Of a stretch of 64,000 nt of DNA, positions 58,987-64,000 are shown piece after piece (within the stretch, counting starts at the first letter, position 1; each line of letters begins with the position of its first letter). Below the pieces are notes generated by a model, which was not told where the DNA came from, did not search any database, and was given only the letters and a program-made list of their open reading frames with translations. This DNA comes from Spirochaetia bacterium UBA6919 (GTDB taxonomy: Bacteria > Spirochaetota > UBA6919), in NCBI GenBank assembly GCA_002450905.1, contig DKAT01000009.1, positions 1 through 64,000 on the forward strand, written 5' to 3'. The position numbers and the translations under genes were made by a program.

Positions 58987-59295
58987 ATGAAAAAAATCAT
59001 AGCTATTCTGTTAATGGCTCTTTTCATCCCAATGGGCGTAATGCAGTGCGGAAGCGGGGAGCAAACACAACCAACAGACAATCAACAACCAGCAAACAAT
59101 CCGCAACCAGCAGAAACCAACAAACCAGCTGATCCCCCTAAAGCTGATCCTGCTGTCGCTGCTAAAAAAAGAAATCTTAAAAGAAAGATTCGAAAATTAA
59201 AAAGAAAATTGAAAAGAACTGTGAATAAGAGAAAAAAAGCTAGGATTAAGAAAAGAATCAAAAGACTTCAAAATGAGTTAAAACAGTTAAATTAA
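58987..59295 (+). CDS. Small K/R-rich lipoprotein, paralog A.
   Basis: The signal peptide MKKIIAILLMALFIPMGVMQCG is followed by a P/Q-rich linker and an extremely basic helical tail (KRKIRKLKRKLKRTVNKRKKARIKKRIKRLQ). A strong SD AAGAGGAG precedes the start. Confidence 0.6.
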   Translation: MKKIIAILLMALFIPMGVMQCGSGEQTQPTDNQQPANNPQPAETNKPADPPKADPAVAAKKRNLKRKIRKLKRKLKRTVNKRKKARIKKRIKRLQNELKQLN

Positions 59296-59310
59296 TTCTA
59301 CTTAAAAAAT

Positions 59311-59353
59311 ATCGGAGGGCCAATATGCCTTCCGATAGCCCACCAATTTTTTT
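59311..59353 (+). terminator. Rho-independent terminator after paralog A. It is a GC-rich variant of the ATCGGA...TCCGAT element.
   Basis: A 10-bp stem ATCGGAGGGC/GCCTTCCGAT with one mismatch has a 6-nt loop. A T7 run follows at 59347-59353. Confidence 0.55.
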
Positions 59354-59433
59354 AACAAAAAAATATTTTCTAAATCCTAATAACACACAATGTAAAAAAA
59401 AAGTTAAAAAAAAATATAAAAAAAAACCTTTTT

Positions 59434-59570
59434 TTTCTATTTAAAATCTCTTATATTGTACACAAATTTTTAAAACAATTTAAACAAGGAGAACTATCCA
59501 ATGAAAAAAATCATAGCTATTCTATTAATGGCAGCTTTCATCCCAATGGGCGTAATGCAGTGCGGTGATG
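59434..59570 (+). repeat. Duplicated promoter/5'-UTR/signal-peptide module shared with 58932-59065.
   Basis: A near-identical ttctatttaaaatctcttatattgtaca promoter-like block and the first 22 codons (MKKIIAILLMA.FIPMGVMQCG) recur upstream of both K-rich genes. Confidence 0.7.
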
Positions 59571-59797
59571 GTGGAACAAAACCAGAAGACAAAAAAGTAG
59601 ATGAAATGAAGAAAGAAGAACCAATGAAGGTTGATAATTCAGCTAAAATTGCAGCTCTTACCAAGAAAATCAAGAAAACTACAAGAAAATGTAAAAAGCT
59701 TAAAAAAGCTAAAAAAATTAAACAATACAAAAAATGTAAGAAAAAAGTAAAGAAACTAAAAAAAGAGTTAAAAGAATTACAAACTCCAAAAATGTAA
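59501..59797 (+). CDS. Small K/R-rich lipoprotein, paralog B.
   Basis: It has the same signal peptide, then a diverged mature part ending in a basic tail (KKTTRKCKKLKKAKKIKQYKKCKKKVKKLKKELKELQ). Confidence 0.6.
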   Translation: MKKIIAILLMAAFIPMGVMQCGDGGTKPEDKKVDEMKKEEPMKVDNSAKIAALTKKIKKTTRKCKKLKKAKKIKQYKKCKKKVKKLKKELKELQTPKM

Positions 59798-59972
59798 TTT
59801 TTTCATAGTATGGGGGGATGTTCATAGCATCCTTCCATATCCCCTTATCGATTTATCATTCACAAAATATTCACCCAATATAAAAAAATATCTTAATAAA
59901 AAAAATCACTTTAAACTGACCACCCAATATTGATTATTCAAAATCATATGAAAGACATAGTATCTGATAACA

Positions 59973-59999
59973 ATCGGAATCAGAATTTTTAGTTCCGAT
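59973..59999. repeat. Palindromic intergenic element, copy 7.
   Basis: The sequence atcggaatcagaatttttagttccgat is identical to the truncated copy at 1-28. Confidence 0.7.
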
Positions 60000-60316
60000 A
60001 CTTCTGTGTTATATGTATTGTCTTTCTATATAGTAATAATAGAATTAATAAAAAATTGAAGGTCTAAAGATCTTATTTGGAATATATGCTTCCTATTAAG
60101 AAAATCACTTCATCAATTTTTTTTTTAAAACTCACAAATATTTTGAAGATCTTTACCGATAAATAATAAACAATCACTTGTTCACCGGTGTGTGGATTAT
60201 TATATTTAAATATTAAATCTGTAAATATGGCTTGAGTGATATGAGGATGAATAAATTATATGTCCAAAATTATTTAACTGTAAATTCCTAAACCAGGTTT
60301 AATCTAGAGGAAAGCT

Positions 60317-61144
60317 ATGGCAAAAAAAATATCATCTGAAGAGAAGTTGCAATTTCAAACTGAAATCAAAGAATTAAAAAATCAAATCAATGAAATTAAG
60401 TCTAAAATTGGTAAATTTGAAAGAGAATTAAAAGATGATCAATACGGACTTGCTAATTACTATCTTATAGCGATTGCTAATGAATATCTCAATATTGTTT
60501 CCATTAATTGTAATATGAGTAAGGTGAATGAGGAATTCCTTGGTAAGAAGAGTGACGATTTCCTTAATGATGCAAGGAAAAGTTATTTTAAGGCTCTTAT
60601 TGAGCTGGAAAAGATTGTTGGAGACTTCGTTGATACCCTCCTCCATGAAAACCAGGATATCTTGGAAACCATAAAAAAAATGGATCCCAAGCGACTACTA
60701 AATCTGGTCAATAAATTAAAAGATACCCTCAAAGAAATCATGGATGGATACGGTGAAAATACTAAATATAAGTGGAGTTTTGTTGATATGGAGGGAAGGT
60801 ATGTCAGCATTTTTAAAAATCTTCTGAATTATAAAAGATTATCCATTAATGATCCCCGTGATCCATACTTCCCAGAAAATATCCAGCTTCTTAACATGAT
60901 AAAGAACTTTTTAAGACTATGCAGTGAGCACCTTCGTGAAAAATATATGCTTGGGACCAAAGAAGTCGTTGATATTAAAGCGGCAATCAATTTCCAGGAA
61001 GCTCTGCGGAAAATATCAGCTCTATTAGGTACGCAGGAAGAATCAGAGACCGCTAAGAAGACTATAGAAAGCTGGAAAGCCATGTTAGAGAAAGAAGAGA
61101 AGCGCAAAGATGAACAGAGAAAGCGGGAAGCAAGAGGTGGATGA
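60317..61144 (+). CDS. Hypothetical cytoplasmic coiled-coil protein of 275 aa.
   Basis: It has an SD AGGAAAG, N- and C-terminal K/E-rich heptad regions and no recognisable catalytic motif. Confidence 0.45.
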   Translation: MAKKISSEEKLQFQTEIKELKNQINEIKSKIGKFERELKDDQYGLANYYLIAIANEYLNIVSINCNMSKVNEEFLGKKSDDFLNDARKSYFKALIELEKIVGDFVDTLLHENQDILETIKKMDPKRLLNLVNKLKDTLKEIMDGYGENTKYKWSFVDMEGRYVSIFKNLLNYKRLSINDPRDPYFPENIQLLNMIKNFLRLCSEHLREKYMLGTKEVVDIKAAINFQEALRKISALLGTQEESETAKKTIESWKAMLEKEEKRKDEQRKREARGG

Positions 61145-61285
61145 TATAATATCTTAACATAAAGAGTTTTTTTTCAATATGTTCTAAGGAAATTGTTTTT
61201 TACCTTGGATCATAGATTATAACTTTATATAAAGTTATTGTAGCTAAATATTAATCTTGTTCAAATATAATTTCTATCGTTACTC

Positions 61286-61588
61286 ATGCCAAAGATTGAA
61301 ATAATAAATAATAATTTAATCATAGATTTTAACCCAGCTGTCAGTCTATTAAATAACTTTCATATTCTGGGAGTGCCTATTGGATCGGATTGTGGTGGGC
61401 GTGGGAATTGTGGTACCTGTCGCTTTCAGGTTCTGGACGGTAAAAAGACCATGACTCCTGTAAGTGATATGGAAAGGTTTCGCTTCACAAAAGAAGAATT
61501 AGAAAGTGGATGGCGTCTTGCCTGTCAGAGTCATGCTCTGCGAGATCTTAAAATAATTATTCCTAATAATGAAAAGCAGTTGAAATGA
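61286..61588 (+). CDS. 2Fe-2S ferredoxin-like protein.
   Basis: The Cys pattern CGGRGNCGTC...C is the plant-type 2Fe-2S cluster motif (CxxxxCxxC...C). It is 100 aa and ends 11 nt before the UbiD-family gene. Confidence 0.65.
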   Translation: MPKIEIINNNLIIDFNPAVSLLNNFHILGVPIGSDCGGRGNCGTCRFQVLDGKKTMTPVSDMERFRFTKEELESGWRLACQSHALRDLKIIIPNNEKQLK

Positions 61589-61598
61589 GGTATTTATT

Positions 61599-63041
61599 TT
61601 GTCAATAGAAAATTTATCCCAATTTATTGATCTATTAAAGAAAGAAAATGAGATCCTAGTCGTTAAACAAGAAATAGACCCTGTTTTGGAGATGTCAGAG
61701 ATCGTCGATCGTCTCTGTAAGCATAATGGAAAGGCTGTCCTATTTGAAAATCCCAAGGGAAGCAATATCCCGGTAGCAATGAATTTATTTGGCTCAGACA
61801 AGAGAATGGCTTTAGCCCTTGGGGTGGATAAAATATCTGATCTGTCCGATGAAATTCAGGATATCATAACCATCACTCCCCCAAAAAGCCTTATGGAGGG
61901 GATTAAATTATTTCCAAAATATGGAAAACTCTTTTCCTATCATACGAAGACAGTTAAGAAAGCCCCCTGTCAGGAGGTGATAGAAGAATCTGTCGATCTG
62001 TCGAAGTTACCTATCCTCCACTGCTGGCCACTCGATGGTGGACGTTACATCACCCTACCCATCGTTATCACAAAAGATCCCGAAAATAATCGCCTCAATG
62101 CAGGGATGTATCGCCTCCAGGTCTATGATAACAAATCCACAGGGATGCACTGGCACAAGCACCACGACGGAGCGGTGAACTATCGCAAGCACAAGAAACT
62201 GGGAAAGAAAATGGATATCGCAGTCGTCTTAGGAGGCCCACCCAGTCTTATTTTCTCGTCAACTGCACCTTTACCCCCCTTTGTGGATGAATTTACCTTC
62301 GCCTGTTTCCTGATGAAAGACAGTATGGATATGGTTCAATGTAAAACGGTTGACCTCCAGGTACCTGCTGAAGCTGAAATTATTATCGAAGGATATGTCG
62401 ATCCAGAAGAACCAATGAAAACAGAAGGTCCTTTTGGGGATCATACGGGGTATTATTCCATGGAAGATGATTTCCCTGTATTCCACGTAACCGCTATCAC
62501 AAGGCGATCCAAAGCTATATATCCATCGATAATCGTCGGAAAACCCCCAATGGAAGATACTTATATGGGTAAAGTCACAGAACGGATATTTCTTCCCCTG
62601 ATTCGTACAATGATTCCTGAGATCGTGGATATCAATTTCCCTGCATTCGGTGTATTTCATAACTTTGTTTTCGTCTCAATCAAGAAGGAATACCCTTATC
62701 AAGCTAAGAAAGTCATGAATGCTATATGGGGACTAGGTCAGATGATGCTCACAAAATTTATAGCGGTTGTAGATGAGAATGTCAACGTCCAAAATATGGA
62801 AGAAGTCATGTGGAAGCTGGCAAATAATGTTGACCCCCGAAGAGATGTAATGATCGTCGATGGCCCTCTCGATCAGCTCGATCACTCCTCCCCATATTTC
62901 CTTGGAGGTCCCAAAATGGGTTTTGATGCCACAACCCGCTGGAAGGAAGAAGGAGCCATGAGAGAATATCCACCTGAGATTATAATGACCGATTCAGTTA
63001 AGAAAAAAGTCGATCAAATCTGGGATACTCTATTCCAATAA
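61599..63041 (+). CDS. UbiD-family (prFMN-dependent) decarboxylase, possibly for (mena)quinone biosynthesis.
   Basis: The 480-aa ORF has UbiD-like motifs GGRYITLPIVITKDPE, GMHW and EGPFGDHTGYY. No ubiX gene is adjacent. Confidence 0.7.
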   Translation: MSIENLSQFIDLLKKENEILVVKQEIDPVLEMSEIVDRLCKHNGKAVLFENPKGSNIPVAMNLFGSDKRMALALGVDKISDLSDEIQDIITITPPKSLMEGIKLFPKYGKLFSYHTKTVKKAPCQEVIEESVDLSKLPILHCWPLDGGRYITLPIVITKDPENNRLNAGMYRLQVYDNKSTGMHWHKHHDGAVNYRKHKKLGKKMDIAVVLGGPPSLIFSSTAPLPPFVDEFTFACFLMKDSMDMVQCKTVDLQVPAEAEIIIEGYVDPEEPMKTEGPFGDHTGYYSMEDDFPVFHVTAITRRSKAIYPSIIVGKPPMEDTYMGKVTERIFLPLIRTMIPEIVDINFPAFGVFHNFVFVSIKKEYPYQAKKVMNAIWGLGQMMLTKFIAVVDENVNVQNMEEVMWKLANNVDPRRDVMIVDGPLDQLDHSSPYFLGGPKMGFDATTRWKEEGAMREYPPEIIMTDSVKKKVDQIWDTLFQ

Positions 63042-63074
63042 AATAATCCTCTTAGAAATGGAATAATAACACTA

Positions 63075-64000
63075 ATGACACACTATTTTGATGAAACCCC
63101 AGAGTATCTTTATGTCCGTTTAAAAAAATCTTTTGTTGAAAAGAATATTCAGACAGGGGAATCACATACTATTCAATTTGGAATTCAATTCACCGTTACA
63201 GAAAATAACATATCCTCCAATTTAAGAATCTTCCACAATAAAAAAAAGGGCTCTCACATCGATACATCCCCTATAAAACAAGAGAACTTCAAGATACACA
63301 TAGAAGAGATTATTAATCAAACGCTCATTTCCCAAAAAAATCTTTTTAAACCACCAATAGAAAATAAAAATAATATTATTATCAATGAACCTCTAATTGG
63401 AACAGATGAATCAGGCAAGGGGGATTACTTTGGACCCCTCGTGATTGCTGGAATCTATATTAAACCAGAACAATGGGAAATATTAATAAAATTAGGTGTC
63501 CAGGACAGTAAAAAATTATCAGATTATCAGTGTAATGCTATCTCTAAGGAGTTAAAAGTATTTCCCCAATCGATTGTGACCATAGGACCAGAGAAGTACA
63601 ATGACTTATATGACAAAATCAAAAATCTTAATAAATTACTGGCATGGGGTCACGCAAGGGTCATTGAGAACTTGTTAGAGAAAATAGACTGTAATAATGT
63701 CCTTTCCGATCAGTTTGGAGATGAATCCCTAATACAAAACGCCTTGATGAAACGAGGAAAATCCATAAAGTTAATTCAACGACACCATGCAGAAGAGAAT
63801 ATTGTAGTCGCATCAGCTTCCATTCTTGCAAGAGTGCAATTCCTCAATTGTATGGATAAATTATCCAGAGAATACAACATCGAAATCCCCAAAGGTGCAT
63901 CCAAAATTGTAATAGACAGAGGTAAACAACTTGTCAGGAAACATGGACAGGAGATTCTGAAGAAAGTCGCCAAACTCCATTTCAAAACCACCAGTTCTGT
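63075..64000 (+). CDS. rnhC: Ribonuclease HIII, truncated at the 3' end by the window edge.
   Basis: An N-terminal TBP-like domain of about 90 aa is followed by the RNase H active-site motif IGTDESGKGDYFGPLVIAG, and DSKKLSD. The ORF runs to the window edge. Confidence 0.7.
   Translation, partial: MTHYFDETPEYLYVRLKKSFVEKNIQTGESHTIQFGIQFTVTENNISSNLRIFHNKKKGSHIDTSPIKQENFKIHIEEIINQTLISQKNLFKPPIENKNNIIINEPLIGTDESGKGDYFGPLVIAGIYIKPEQWEILIKLGVQDSKKLSDYQCNAISKELKVFPQSIVTIGPEKYNDLYDKIKNLNKLLAWGHARVIENLLEKIDCNNVLSDQFGDESLIQNALMKRGKSIKLIQRHHAEENIVVASASILARVQFLNCMDKLSREYNIEIPKGASKIVIDRGKQLVRKHGQEILKKVAKLHFKTTSS

Noticed and set aside
1-64000. CRISPR arrays, tRNA or rRNA genes, IS elements, integrases and prophage modules.
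   Set aside because: No regularly spaced direct repeats were found. The ATCGGAA elements are dispersed single copies, not arrays. No GC-rich cloverleaf-like segments occur in the intergenic regions. No ORF has transposase, integrase, terminase or capsid-like motifs.

Overview
This is a 64-kb chromosomal window from a low-GC (about 33-35%) diderm bacterium. It is densely coded. I found no rRNA or tRNA genes, no CRISPR array, no transposase or integrase genes, and no prophage.

The lineage cannot be fixed from the sequence. Gene content includes alternative complex III, an ATP-citrate-lyase-like pair, many lipoproteins, CARDB-type surface proteins and c-di-GMP signalling. That fits an Ignavibacteria/Chlorobi-group organism or a Leptospira-like spirochete.

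Recognisable genes, in window order:
- a secreted ankyrin-repeat protein;
- birA overlapping coaX;
- a CHASE2 sensor kinase;
- a co-directional cluster of an SH3b lipoprotein, an M48 peptidase and a FadL-like outer-membrane protein;
- a secreted Endonuclease I (EndA-like DNase);
- an HD-GYP protein and a PAS kinase in one operon;
- a second M48-like protease next to a beta-barrel outer-membrane protein;
- a 1029-aa CARDB/LamG surface lipoprotein;
- gatC, murJ, a TlpA-like thioredoxin, holB and a rhomboid protease;
- two tandem paralogous MBL-fold lipoproteins abutting an ArsC-type arsenate reductase;
- NfeD and flotillin;
- a response-regulator/GGDEF protein, an FKBP isomerase, a Uma2-family endonuclease, a TetR regulator and an SDR epimerase;
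- three tandem paralogous small secreted CxxC proteins;
- a two-subunit ATP-citrate-lyase-like enzyme with an unusually large second subunit;
- an alpha/beta-fold esterase, a PEBP/YbhB protein and an APC permease;
- a complete alternative complex III operon (actABCDEF);
- a secreted repeat protein and a HEAT-repeat lipoprotein;
- two tandem duplicated K/R-rich small lipoprotein genes;
- a 2Fe-2S ferredoxin coupled to a UbiD-family decarboxylase, then a partial RNase HIII.

Non-coding structure:
- a dispersed family of palindromic intergenic elements (ATCGGAA, a 13-14 nt AT-rich spacer, TTCCGAT) in seven copies plus one GC-rich variant;
- a duplicated putative TetR operator;
- several hairpin terminators;
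- a duplicated promoter-plus-signal-peptide module.

The most novel-looking candidates are the tandem triplet of small secreted CxxC proteins, the dispersed palindromic element family, the duplicated K/R-rich lipoprotein pair and the atypical ACL-like enzyme.
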